A stretch of 64,000 nt of DNA. It comes from Macrostomum lignano. Taxonomy: Eukaryota. The translations under genes were made by a program, and so were the position numbers. Shown here piece after piece: positions 35,315-48,494 of the stretch. The notes below the pieces were generated by a model, which had not been told where the DNA came from, did no database searches, and worked only from the letters and a program-made list of their open reading frames with translations. Location of the stretch: NCBI GenBank assembly GCA_002269645.1, contig NIVC01002285.1:62001-126000 (forward strand), written 5' to 3'. Position 1 is the stretch's first letter. Each line of letters begins with the position of its first letter.

Positions 35315-35990
35315 TTAGAACACCTTGAGCAAATGGCCCGCACCACTATGGGAGGGCTGAATATTTAGATTTGGTTTTTGGTTTTTAATGTACATGGATT
35401 CAAGTATATTATGCCTAAAGTCAGTCCTACACCAATCAATAATTTTGAACTGCTGAGTTTGCTCAATTTCACAACAACTGTTGCAACACAGCAGTTGGTC
35501 TTGGATAGCCAAACTGTTCAAGCAATGCTCTCTGACTCTGGTGTACCAGTGCCTTTTAGTTTTACCTATATAGACCTGTAATGTTCTGGTCAACAGAACA
35601 AGAGAACTTATACACAACACCTGCCGCCAGAGCAAGAGGAACATGGGATTTCAGTCTACTAACGTATTGGCCGACCTTAGCAGTGCAGAAAACTATCTTA
35701 ATAGGCGTGTTAAAGAATTAATGGAAGCTTTTCTCAATTTTCTTCTTCAACAGGTTAGAGCAGCTACCATAGAAAGGCAAGACCATGCTCAGGCAAGTTT
35801 TTAATACATCCTTATCAGAAGCAAAACTTGGTTTGTCCATCATTTAATTAGAGATGAATCTATTGATTTCAGTGCTAATGACATTTCTGGGAGTGGGAAA
35901 TTGATTCATTCTCAGAGTTTTGGTAATTTTGATCGATAATATCTGTTTTCTGTTTTTTCCAGCTGGCCAATAAAAAAGCCGCGCATTAAT
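35315..35990 (-). mobile_element. Penelope-like retroelement 3' fragment (RT thumb end plus GIY-YIG endonuclease), pseudogenised
   Basis: The minus strand reads LPFYG...LKSHVPLALAAGVVYKFSCSVDQN-(frameshift)-YIGKTKRH..TRVREH...FKIID......ILESMYIKNQKPNLNIQ, with stops and frameshifts. Confidence 0.85.
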
Positions 35991-37457
35991 TATGATAAGT
36001 TCTCTGCGCGCACCCACTCCCAGCCTGCTCTTTATCAGTCCTGTCTGGCTGGGGTGCTCGGGGGTTTTGCCTATTCCTATTTTTCTGCCTTGTTAGCCAA
36101 GCCAGCCTTAGGCTCCTTAGGCTCTCTCAACCGCGAAGGCGAGGCCAAGGGCAAATGGTGCGATATCCTGATTGACTTCTGAGTGACACTGGCGCCCCAG
36201 ACCAAGCAGGGGATGCGACTTCCTGAGGGCAATGGCCCAGAGATGCACTTTCTGACTGCTCCCCCCTTTCTGGCTACTGCCTGGCCGGCGGGAGCAGTAC
36301 CTTGTTGTTGTTGTTGTTAGGCTCCTTAGACTCTTGCTACCCTGGCACTCCATGTTTGCTTGCCTTCTCTTTGCCTCACTCTGCCATGGTTCTTAACCAC
36401 ACCTCTGCCAAGCCTCAGTCATGCCACTTCTACTGTTTGTTCGAGCTCTCACTACGAGCACTACCACTGCACGTTCACCGCCATCACTTTATCACCATTG
36501 CCTCAAACTCATCGACCTACTCTGCCTTCTACCATCAAACTTTTTGTTGTTTAGCCGCAAGTGCATTGTTTACGAATCCAACTAGTACTTTAATTAAACT
36601 TTAACCTATCTCTGTTGGCCACCTAGATGGAATTAATAATAGCAAGCCTAACTGTCCTCTCATATGCTATAATAAACAAAGTCTGGCCATTGCCCACATC
36701 AGTCGCCATTATTGCCAAGTGCTACCACTACAAAAAATGCCTCAGCCATATTTGTCTTCATTGATTATTTTCGGGGCTGCCATATTATTGTCACATAAGA
36801 TTAATTAATTTTAGTTAAGGTGTAATCAATTACTATTATAATATTAGTATAATATTAATATTTGAATGTTACTATGATATGATTATGTATGCAACATCCA
36901 TCAGGATACAAGACAAGAGGATGCCAGTTCCAGAAAAAAATGGCATTATGGCAATAATTAATAATTTATGCAAAAAAATGGTAAGCAAAATGCTAGCAAA
37001 AATTTAATTTTGATATATACTGAGATTAATTCAACAAGTAGATATTGGGTTTATAATGTTACAATAGCATTTGGAAACCTCTAGGAACTACTACTAAATA
37101 GATAAAGCCTGTAAAGCAAAGGTACTACAAGTTTGAAGTATCTAGATAGTATAATTTTGAATGTTACTTATACATTTATTTCTGAGAATCCTCTGACAAA
37201 TCCACTACATAGCTTATAGCTGCTATAAATTTGCGTGCAGCACCTCAATATAAGCTCCACTCCGTGTTTCACTGTATGTCATGTCATTTCACTGCATGTT
37301 CAGTTTAGTTCAGATATCGTGACTTGTTTTAAAATGAATGTTGAACTAAAGATTCTCAGAAATACATGCATTTAAAGTTGAAAAAATCTTTATAGAAGTA
37401 AAAAAAACAGAAAATACATATATAAACTATAGTATAAAAAATTAGTATGCTAAATTC

Positions 37458-37600
37458 GGCCGTAGCCCAGCGGTCTAGCGCAGCTGCTCTGGTGTGCCAG
37501 CGACCCAGGCTCGATTCAAAGTGCAGTCACATTAATTTGGGGCTGAATTGGAATCTCGGCTTGGCTCTGCTCGTGCAATTAACGGCCTTGAGAGCCAACC
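37458..37600 (+). mobile_element. tRNA-derived SINE-like element, copy 1
   Basis: Pol III A-box-like TAGCCCAGCGG and B-box-like GGCTCGATTC. The body GGAATCTCGGCTTGGCTCTGCTCGTGCAATTA is shared with 44010-44120. Confidence 0.65.
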
Positions 37601-38415
37601 CCCCCAAGGCGCATTGAAGTGTACATGCCTAACGATAAAATAAAGTTAGGGCCGCGCTGTACACTCCTGTGTGAGTGTGTGCCTGCGTACGTATCCGCGC
37701 GCTTGTATGCCTGCTCAGGGGAGTCGGCGGAATGGGCAGTAATGCCTCTCGCCGGTTGTGTGCCTATGTCGCTTAAAGTGCGCCAGGGTGCACACAAACT
37801 CCCCTGCCTCTAATAAAAATGCTGAATTCATGTTCTTAGATCTTAAGCTTTAATTTTTTACGTTCATTAAGACTTGATAAAGCCGACTGTCTCAAGTTTT
37901 TTAGTCTTATTCTCTGACAGTTCTGACTGTCAATATGCATCTTCTTACTGACTGCCTGCGATTTAGGGGGGGGGGGGGGCACAAGGGGCACGCGCTCCCC
38001 GTCAGTTCTGTGCATCCCAGATAGAAAAGATGCTGATATTGTTACAATAGGCAAGTTTTATGTTAGCGCCCCCTCTTCGATAAATTTCCGTATCCGCCCC
38101 TGAAATCCTCCGATCCGTCTTCTTCTATTTCTTCAGTTTTCCTGTCGTCTAGCTCTTACTAGGATTTCTTTCTAATGTTACGAGGTTTGGGCTATATAAG
38201 TTTGCTGACAAATGCAGGTAAGCTATAAGCTCCAATGCCACATTTGCCACAAGAACCATGGAAACGTTAAATGTTATATGTTGGCGACCTCTATCACAAC
38301 TTTCAGCCTTCTTTGCCTAGTAGCATCAAATAGCAATGCAGTATAATAATTATATTGGTATTTTAGCTGCATTTGCGTAGATTTTAATTTATAGATTTTT
38401 CAGTTTTTTATATAA

Positions 38416-39200
<785 letters not shown>

Positions 39201-40309
39201 AAGTAAGTTCCACTCACGGAATCATTGCCATCGCGAAAAAAACATCGAATGCTCCGTCAGTAGCGTCGGCGATTCTACGGTCGAACAGGCGGCTTCTGAA
39301 GACGGTGTCGCAGGACTCATCGACTGTCCCCGGGAGCTATAACTGGGATTCTTGAGCCAGTAGGAAACTATGGTTCAAACCAGCTTAGCCGTAACCTCCG
39401 GTTGTCGGACCTCCTTCTCCGGTGATTCTGGGGTAGGATTGGCACTTGGCTCATTTTACTGTCTCTTGGATTTCAATTAGAAGCTGTAATAGCCATAAAA
39501 CTATGTATTACTATAAGTAGGTCTGCTTGTATTATAAGTACTCTTAAGATGCCATCTAATCAACTTTTAAGCTCAAAACTTTGGTAAGTCTTCCAATTTT
39601 CTAGAAACGAAGTGTCCCTGCATGCAGTATAGGACTGTAAATACAGATGTGAAAGCAGAGGCTCTTGGCAAATTTTGAAACTGTCAAATCAAATCAAGAC
39701 AAAATTTTGGAGAAACTTTTACTGTAATTTTTTCAATTTTGCCTGCTTGGCGCGTCCTTTTTTCGCTGTTTTTGCTGCCTTTTTGCATTCAATCATCTCA
39801 AAAATTTTGCCGGATAGGTGAGGTGCAGAACCTCTGGACGAAGTTCCTGCATCACTAACTGAGTAAGGAGCCATAAGATGCATTCAACTCCGACAAAGCC
39901 GGGTCGCCATCTCAAATCCGAAACATCATAACGCTGAAAACTAGAATAGCATCGGTCCTATAAAGGGCATTGCTAGCACTTTTGGTGTTATGATATTTCG
40001 GATTTATGATGGGCATTGTTGGTAAAGCGTTTTCGGTGCTGTGATATTTCGGGTTTGTGATCCCCAAGCACCAGCGGAAGTGAAGCAATTGGGTACTGTG
40101 AAGGCATCTCTAATGAGCTTGGATAATCGTTGACCGCTCAGAGTGAAGTTGCTTCGTCATTTTTTAGAGTTAGCAGGTCAGCGGGTCATCAGGGATTAGC
40201 GCCAAGATAACTAACTAGTGCAGTATACTCCTGCAGTAACTTGGTGCAGTCAAAGTATAGGGGGCACCAACCAAAGAGTTTTCACATGGGATATTAATGG
40301 GAAATCCAG

Positions 40310-40809
40310 TAGAGTATGTTCCATATGAGCCTTCTCGGTACTGCCCTTGGTGATACTTGCGGTGCATGAACTTGCTTTCATCGATTGCTTACATCAATTC
40401 CAGCACCGCCCAGCTGCATTGGATGGTCAATGATGTACTGCGCACAGACGTCACGAATGAAGTTGAGCCAGTCTACAGCAGTTGTGTGACTAATCTGGAC
40501 TTCATGCACAATGTCAGCAAGCTTGGCATTTGGTGACCAGAAGTACACAACATCCATTAGTTATACCAGCGATAGATGGCTCCCTTCGAAGAATGACCCA
40601 CGGCGACTTGATCGATGTCGCTTGCACTCCTTGCAGGACCAGCACCAGCCATTAACATACTCAGCTTCCTGTCGACGTTGTAGCCTCATGGCAATGCTGC
40701 AGACATCACACTTCTGAGTGTTCTTCAGAAGGTGGTACTTGGCAAGCCATCGCATAGCTGCATCAGCATCCGGCAGTAGTACTACCAAATCTCGATGGTT
40801 GGTGTCCAT
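40310..40809 (-). mobile_element. Merlin / IS1595 (ISXO2-like) DDE transposase pseudogene, N-terminal half
   Basis: The minus strand reads C..C....WCWSCKECKRHRSSRRGSFFEGSHLSLV*LMDVVYFW...TAVDWLNFIRDVC......QLGGAG then, after a 1-nt frameshift, IDESKFMHRKYHQGQYREG. These are hallmark Merlin motifs. Confidence 0.88.
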
Positions 40810-42087
40810 GTCACAGAGCTCATTTGTAGGTCACATTTCTCCTGGTGGAACAATGTTGCTTGAAGCAGGTGGACGTCCTGCTGGCATTTTGTCCTTGCTG
40901 AAATGCGTTTTTACGTGTCAAATATTTTAGAGCGGTAAACTGGAAGATCGCCCTTCGTACGTCTACATGTATACGGACAGGCGTGCCTACGAGCATATAG
41001 CGTGCCTATATGCGCGCTACAGATGATATACAAAGTAAAAGTACAGCATTTTATATGTAATGTAAGGGTCTGCATCAACTTGACAGATCCGACAGTCAGC
41101 CTACATTGACGTGGCTTATTGAATCAAGTAATCTCTTTACGAAAGGGCGTTCTCAAAGCAGACTTGAGGCTGATTCTCGTCCAAATCCAAGCGGCTTTTC
41201 AGCTCGCAAGAGTAACCCACTTAAGAGGGTTTTTCACAAAGCGAAACTTTAAAAAGACAAATACAGCAGAAAAAATGAGTGCTTTGCAGTTCGTGAAAAA
41301 TCAAGAACCCGTCTATGATTGTTTACGCATAGATAGCGGAGCGGAGAAGGCAAAAAAGTTTTTTCTGACGTCTGCACGCGCGTGCCTTCTTGCCGTTCTT
41401 CGCGCACTTCATTAGCAATTCGACCATCGTTAGGGAGGTCAAACAAGAAGAAGATTTCGATTGTAGACAGCATGAGACCCTTTGATCCTCATGAGATTTT
41501 TATCCTCAGATTGCTCTGTACTGACTGTAGCTGTCTGCAGTGTCTGCCTTCATTTCTGCTGATATTGATTTGTCTTACAGTGTCTGCAAGCACGGATCCA
41601 GCCTGCACTGCACCGTTCAAAGGCACACGCCCCAGACACAGCTAGTATTGGCGGTATTGCTGATGAAAAATGATCAAAGCAAGCGACTTCAGCTGTCCTG
41701 TCAGATTAATTTGCATGCTCAAGCATGCTGTTTGATTCCTACTACTGCAGCAACGTGAAAGATATCGGCAGTGTCAGGCGGAATAAGAGTTCGGCGGAAT
41801 TCTCCTGGCCTCAGCAGATAAGACTCCGGGCCAGCATCCATCTGCATTTCACATCAAAGGCGACACTTGGGACAGCCAATGAAATTACATGTTGCAACGC
41901 AGACATACGAGTGCGAGCATCAAGTGGAAAGCAGCCGTTGAGATCTTCAGCTCGTGCTCAGACGTTCGCGTCAGTAATAAGGATAATTTCTTGAGAGGCC
42001 GATCGCGTGATTACTCCCAGGCTTGATCGCCTCGGGAGGCGTCGCAGAGTCTTGGGTAAGCCGAGCGCTTGTTGAAAAATTTGTTCA

Positions 42088-43941
42088 TGCAAAAGATGTA
42101 CCGGTATGTAACCAATGCAACCATCTTCACCGTTGCTCATGCTAAAGATGTACCGGTATGTAACCAATGCAACCATCTTCACCGTTGCTCATGCTAAAGA
42201 TGTACCGGTATGTAACCAATGCAACCATCTTCACCGTTGCTCATGCTAAAGATGTACCGGTATTTAACCAATGCAACCATCTTCACCATTGCTCATGCTA
42301 AAGATGTACCGGTATTTAACCAATGCAACCATCTTCACCGTTGCTCATGCTAAAGATGTACCGGTATGTAACCAATGCAACCATCTTCACCGTTGCTCAT
42401 GCTAAATATGTACCGGTATGTAACCAATGCAACCATCTTCACCGTTGCTCATGCTAAAGATGTACCGGTATGTAACCAATGCAACCATCTTCACCATTGC
42501 TCATGCAAAAGATGTACCGGTATGTAACCAATGCAACCATCTTCACCGTTGCTCATGCTAAATATGTACCGGTATGTAACCAATGCAACCATCTTAACCG
42601 TTGCTCATGCTAAAGATGTACCGGTATGTAACCAATGCAACCATCTTAACCGTTGCTCATGCAAAAGATGTACCGGTATGTAACCAATGCAACCATCTTC
42701 ACCGTTGCTCATGCTAAAGATGTACCGGTATGTAACCAATGCAACCATCTTCACCGTTGCTCATGCTAAAGATGTACCGGTATTTAACCAATGCAACCAT
42801 CTTCACCATTGCTCATGCTAAAGATGTACCGGTATGTAACCAATGCAACCATCTTCACCGTTGCTCATGCTAAAGATGTACCGGTATGTAACCAATGCAA
42901 CCATCTTCACCGTTGCTCATGCTAAAGATGTACCGGTATGTAACCAATGCAACCATCTTCACCGTTGCTCATGCTAAAGATGTACCGGTATGTAACCAAT
43001 GCAACCATTTTCACCGTTGCTCATGCTAAATATGTACCGGTATGTAACCAATGCAACCATCTTCACCGTTGCTCATGCTAAAGATGTACCGGTATTTAAC
43101 CAATGCAACCATCTTCACCGTTGCTCATGCTAAAGATGTACCGGTATGTAACCAATGCAACCATCTTCACCGTTGCTCATGCTAAAGATGTACCGGTATT
43201 TAACCAATGCAACCATCTTCACCGTTGCTCATGCTAAAGATGTACCGGTATGTAACCAATGCAACCATCTTCACCGTTGCTCATGCTAAATATGTACCGG
43301 TATGTAACCAATGCAACCATCTTCACCGTTGCTCATGCTAAATATGTACCGGTATGTAACCAATGCAACCATCTTCACCGTTGCTCATGCTAAAGATGTA
43401 CCGGTATGTAACCAATGCAACCATCTTCACCGTTGCTCATGCTAAAGATGTACCGGTATGTAACCAATGCAACCATCTTCACCGTTGCTCATGCTAAAGA
43501 TGTACCGGTATGTAACCAATGCAACCATCTTCACCGTTGCTCATGCTAAAGATGTACCGGTATTTAACCAATGCAACCATCTTCACCGTTGCTCATGCTA
43601 AAGATGTACCGGTATGTAACCAATGCAACCATCTTCACCGTTGCTCATGCTAAAGATGTACCGGTATGTAACCAATGCAACCATCTTCACCGTTGCTCAT
43701 GCTAAAGATGTACCGGTATGTAACCAATGCAACCATCTTCACCGTTGCTCATGCTAAAGATGTACCGGTATTTAACCAATGCAACCATCTTCACCGTTGC
43801 TCATGCTAAAGATGTACCGGTATGTAACCAATGCAACCATCTTCACCGTTGCTCATGCTAAAGATGTACCGGTATGTAACCAATGCAACCATCACCGTTG
43901 CTCATGCTAAAGATGTACCGGTATTTAACCAATGCAACCAA
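42088..43941. repeat. 52-bp tandem repeat, about 35 very homogeneous copies
   Basis: Unit AAAGATGTACCGGTATGTAACCAATGCAACCATCTTCACCGTTGCTCATGCT, head to tail with no spacers. Confidence 0.97.
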
Positions 43942-44009
43942 TGCTCAAAATGTCTATTAGTTATAAATTTCAATTTTTTAAATTCTGCTTAGCATGTCAT
44001 TCGGGGGGG

Positions 44010-44120
44010 GGGGGCGTAGCATAGTGGGTCCAGCGTGGCTTGATTTCAAGTGCAGCAAAAGTAATTTGGGCTATACTGGAATCTCGGCTTGACTCTGCTC
44101 GTGCAATTAGCCTTCCTGTA
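44010..44120 (+). mobile_element. tRNA-derived SINE-like element, copy 2 (more degenerate)
   Basis: Shares GATT.CAAGTGCAG...AATTTGGG and GGAATCTCGGCTTGACTCTGCTCGTGCAATTA with 37458-37600. Confidence 0.6.
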
Positions 44121-44940
44121 GGGGAGGGTGCTTTCTCATCTTCGACTCTTCATATTTCGGACGCTTCCCATTTCCTACCAGCTAAACCCTAACCCTAACT
44201 GAGATATGAAGAGTCGGAGTTGTGAAAGAAGCTGCTAAACTGAAGTGTCAAGGATGTGAAGCCTCAGCCTTAGCCACCAACGGGCGGTAAAAGGAAATGG
44301 ATACGAATCAAAACGGAAATGAGCATAGTGCGAGTCAGGGAAGAAAATCGTATTAAAAGAGTCAGATGAAATCGAGACAAAGGGAAACGCTTCATCGAGC
44401 TACACGAGTCCAATTACACGAGTCCAGCTCGTATCATGCATGAAACTGGAAATTCTGGCAACCCGCGGATACCGGGGGATTGAGAGACTTGAGACTTGAT
44501 AGTCAACAGTAAAGTTTTTGCTGTGTAAAATTTTATTTACACATTGATTAGTGAGAGAGACATTCCGGGAACTTTTGGGACAGCCCGGAAATGCCAGGTT
44601 TGAATCGAGAATAGAAAGCAGATGGGAGAGCCATTCTGCATTAGCAGATCCTGAACCCAATACGAGTGGGGAAAAACCAGAGACTCTGGGGTCTAGAATC
44701 GGGCTGACGTCAGCAAATGATGATGAGCTCAGTTCTCAAGTAGCTCCCCTATGCAGCCAATGGCTGCCGAGCAGTGATCCGTCACTCCTGCCCGTTCTGG
44801 ATTTATAAACCAGATGCGATCTTCACTCGCGCCCCATTAATTCCCAGCTTGGGCGGCTGACTCGTGCTACAGAGAGCGCAGGTGCACAGTCTGTACGAAG
44901 ATCATCGAACTCAATCACCAATTCTTGTCAGAGCCGACCA

Positions 44941-47888
44941 ATGCTGCCGCTGCCGATCATCGCTGAGATGCAGAACTGCAGCTCAGTTGGCAACTACAGC
45001 TGGGCCCACTGCCCGCAGCCGCTGGACTTTGAGGTATCGCTGACCTTTAAATGACCTCCAGTCTGATCTATAGGAACAAATTCATAAAATTACGCAACAC
45101 GGCCTTGCTATGTACACTTGTGCTCTGTGCTGACTTTGTCAAGAAAGTAAATAGAAGAGGGGGAAAAGAGGAGAGAGAAGAGAGGACAGAAGAAGGGAGA
45201 AAAGAAGAGAAAAAGAGGAGAGAAAAGAGGAGTCAAGAGGAGAGAGAAAAGGGGAGAGAAGAGGGGAGAGAAGAGGGGAGAGAGGAGGGGAGAGAAGAGG
45301 AGAGAGAAGAGGGGAGAGAAGAGGAGAGAGAAAAGGGGAGAGAAGAGGGGAGAGAAGAGGGGAGAGAAGAGGGATGAGAAGAGGGCAGAGAAGAGGGGAG
45401 AGAAGAGGGGAGAGAAGAGGGGAGAGAAGAGGGGAGAGAAGATGGATGAGAAGAGGGCAGAGAAGAGGGGAGAGAAGAGGGGAGAGAAGAGGGGAGAGAA
45501 GATGGATGAGAAGAGGGCAGAGAAGAGGGGAGAGAAGAGGGGAGAGAAGAGGGGAGAGAAGAGGGGAGAGAAGAGGAGAGAGAAGAGGAGAGAGAAGAGG
45601 GGAGAGAAGAGGAGAGAGAAGGGGGGAGAGAAGAGGAGAGAGAAGGGGAGAGAGAAGAGGGCAGAGAAGAGGGGGGAGAAGAGGGGAGAGAAGAGGGGAG
45701 AGAAGAGGGGAGAGAAGAGGGGAGAGAAGAGGTGAGAGAAGAGGACAAAGAAGAGGGGACAGAGATTCGGAATTCCCATTTAGCAGCAAGTTGACGATTC
45801 GGCCATAGACATCAGGACAAAGAAGGATGCCAGCTGCAGCCCCATTCCATAGAAATCAGGCTTAAGCATCGACTTCCATGCAGTAAAGATCAGAATTATT
45901 AACGTGGTTGCTTTTTTCCCGTCTGCAGCAAAATGGGATCTCAAGTCTAATCAGGGCAAGCATAAAAGCCTGAAAGCAAACACACTTCCGGTGTGCTCCA
46001 TTTGAGTAGTTCGGCTCGCCCGTGTATCAGGGCGATAGAGATCAGTGCCAACCCGTAAAATTTGCATTTGGATGTCAATTCTTCTCTGGGCAATCAGAAA
46101 AGCGTAAAAGAAAAATAAAATCATAATTCTCAAGCTTGGAAAGAGGGACACCTTGCATTAGCATGAGGTGACTTTGCTGTTTTCAGTCAGTTGTTCAATC
46201 GTAAGTCATTCACCTCATCCCCATTCGCGACCCACAATAGGCTTGCCTGATGCTGCCCCTCACCCTGCTGGCTCTGTCGCTGAACTCGTGGGCGCTGGCC
46301 ATCTTCAAGCGTCACATCTCCGCCAACAGCACCATGCTGCTCTGGATCTGCAGCCTCTGCACCTGCGAGATCTGCCTGAACACCTGCCTGATGGCGCACT
46401 TCATTTTTTACCTGGCCGCCCGACCTTGCGACGAGTTTCCGCACTACAGCGCCGACCCGGCAACCGTTGCCATGTTTCACCTGGGCGGCGTCGTGCAGAC
46501 CCTGGCCCTTGCCGCGCTGCTCTTCCGCAACTGGACGTTTGCCGCTCTCGCCCTCGTCCGATTCGAGGCGGTGCTGCGCGTTACCAGCCGGCGCCTTTTA
46601 AACCGACGTCGCAGCCTGCTTTTGATGGTTGCCATGGCAATAATCGGCCTCGGCGTGAGCGCGGTGCGCGCTCTCCGCACGAAAGCTGTGTACTGCGACG
46701 AAGAGGGCAGCGGCCAAGCTGTGGTCCTGCCGCACCTGTACCAAAGTCCGTGGTTCTTCTATTTCGAGGCGCATTTCTGCGGCCTCCTGCAGACCATCGT
46801 CCCGCTGCTCTGCGTCATTGGGCTTTCTGGCGCCGCCGCCATCCGCCTGGTGTCTCGACAGCGGGCCAACACGCGCGCTGGCCTGCGCCGCCACCCGCAT
46901 CAGAGATCGGTAGGCTTGAGTGAAGATCAGAGGGCTTGAGTGAAGATCAGAGGGCTTGAGTGAAGAGCAGAGGGCTTGAGTGAAGATCAGAGGGCTTGAG
47001 TGAAGAGCAGAGGGCTTGAGTGAAGAGCAGAGATCGGTAGGCTTGAGTGAAGAGCAGAGGGCTTGAGTGATGAGCAGAGATCGGTAGGCTTGAGTGAAGA
47101 GCAGAGGGCTTGAGTGATGAGCAGAGATCGGTAGGCTTGAGTGAAGAGCAGAGATCGGTAGGCTTGAGTGAAGGTCAGAGATCGGTAGGCTTGAGTGAAG
47201 ATCAGAGATCGGTAGGCTTGAGTGAAGAGCAGAGATCGGTAGGCTTGAGTGAAGAGCAGAGATCGGTAGGCTTGAGTGAAGAGCAGAGATCGGTAGGCTT
47301 GAGTGAAGATCAGAGATCGGTAGGCTTGAGTGAAGAGCAGAGATCGGTAGGCTTGAGTGAAGCCCTGATTCCGGCTCGTAATCCTAGAGTTTTTCATGAC
47401 CCCTTAATGTCCAGTCAGCTACGTCAGCTTCTGCTGCACTTCAAGAGGATCTGGACAACTCAGACGGCCAGGACAGTTCAGATCGAGTTTACGTCCTGGT
47501 TGTCTACCTGTGCGTGATCTTCCTGATCTGCGAGCTGCCAGTGGTTGTACTGTACAACCTTGAGCACTTTGCTGAGATGGGCGGCAACCTGTTCTGGGTC
47601 AGCAATGTCTGCATCGTGGCTGACTCGGTGCTCAACTTTTTGGGCTACGTGGTGACAAACAGCCAGTTCAGGCGGCACCTGCTCTGCGGCGGCCTGCGAG
47701 ACCACCGGCCAGGGGGTCAACTGCGCCTGCCCCCGGCGATACTCATGGCGGCGGGGGGCGACTCCCTCAGCGCCGCCTTCTCATCCCGCGGTCGCCGCAG
47801 CCGTCCCAGAGACGCGATCGTGCTGGACGCGGCGGCAGCGACAGCAGCAAAGGAGCTGCGCGATGACCGATCTTTGAATGATATTTAG
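44941..47888 (+). CDS. Class A (rhodopsin-like) peptide GPCR, FMRFamide-receptor-like, 411 aa; exons 44941-45033, 46241-46909, 47415-47888
   Basis: N-terminal exon with NCS/NYS sequons; seven TM segments; TM3 RNWTFAALALVRFEAV (DRY variant), TM6 FLICELP, TM7 ADSVLNFLGY. Both introns are phase 0 (GAG|GTATCG to AATAG|GCT; TCG|GTAGGC to GTCCAG|TCA). AATAAA at 48070. The exon-1 link is inferred. Confidence 0.85.
45155..45760. repeat. 12-bp polypurine repeat GAAGAGGGGAGA (GPCR intron 1)
   Basis: Almost purely purine plus strand over about 600 bp. Confidence 0.95.
46900..47360. repeat. 27-bp minisatellite AGATCGGTAGGCTTGAGTGAAGAGCAG spanning the GPCR exon-2 donor site
   Basis: The first unit contains the functional 5' splice site. 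Truncated ~20-bp units are interspersed near the start. Confidence 0.93.
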
Positions 47889-48494
47889 ACTTAAAGCGAT
47901 GGCATTGACCTATCTGGATTAAGAAGTTTTAAGAGGCGGCTGAGATCTCAGAGTTTCTGATAGGTAAAGCAGTGTCTGCAACAACTGATATCGATTGTAG
48001 CGGGCTTGCATTGGTGATTACTTGTTGTGGATTTTCTTTTACACTCGTGAAGTAAATTCAAAGCGTGCTAATAAAGCTCTCTAGTTCGTGCGAATTGAAA
48101 TTGTCGCCTGAAAGAGTAGCTTTTTCATAAAGAAGAGCGCTCAAAAGGAATGCAAAAATTTCTTAATGGATTGCTTAAATAAAGCCGCAAAGGCTGAACC
48201 GCTTATCGGAGCTCCAGGGAATCTTCTCACAAATGAAGACCTTAATCTGTTCACGGAAGCCCGGAATACAGTCTGAGTTCACTTTGCAGATTAGCGTCCT
48301 GAGTCCGGCTTTCTTGCTGTCCATTCTTCATTTACTTTTAAGCACCAGCAAGTGGCCAAAATTCAGCAATTTCGTGTCGTTTTTCACTCGCGCAACCGTG
48401 TTCAGAAACTTCACTCTTAAGTTGATGATTAAATCTTGTTCAATCAGAACTTCTAGTCAGGAACATTCTGGCAAGTTGGCACAGTTGATGCACG

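Noticed and set aside
42088-43941. CRISPR-like regular array
   Set aside because: Units are head to tail with no unique spacers, the context is eukaryotic and no cas genes are present. It is a tandem repeat.
44183-44198. CCCTAACCCTAA telomere-like repeat (also TTAGG-like at about 59990-60015)
   Set aside because: Only about 2 units, too short to call an interstitial telomere.
45108-45808. LFSP/LLSP/SSLP/RRGE-repeat ORFs
   Set aside because: They are translations of the 12-bp purine repeat inside a GPCR intron.
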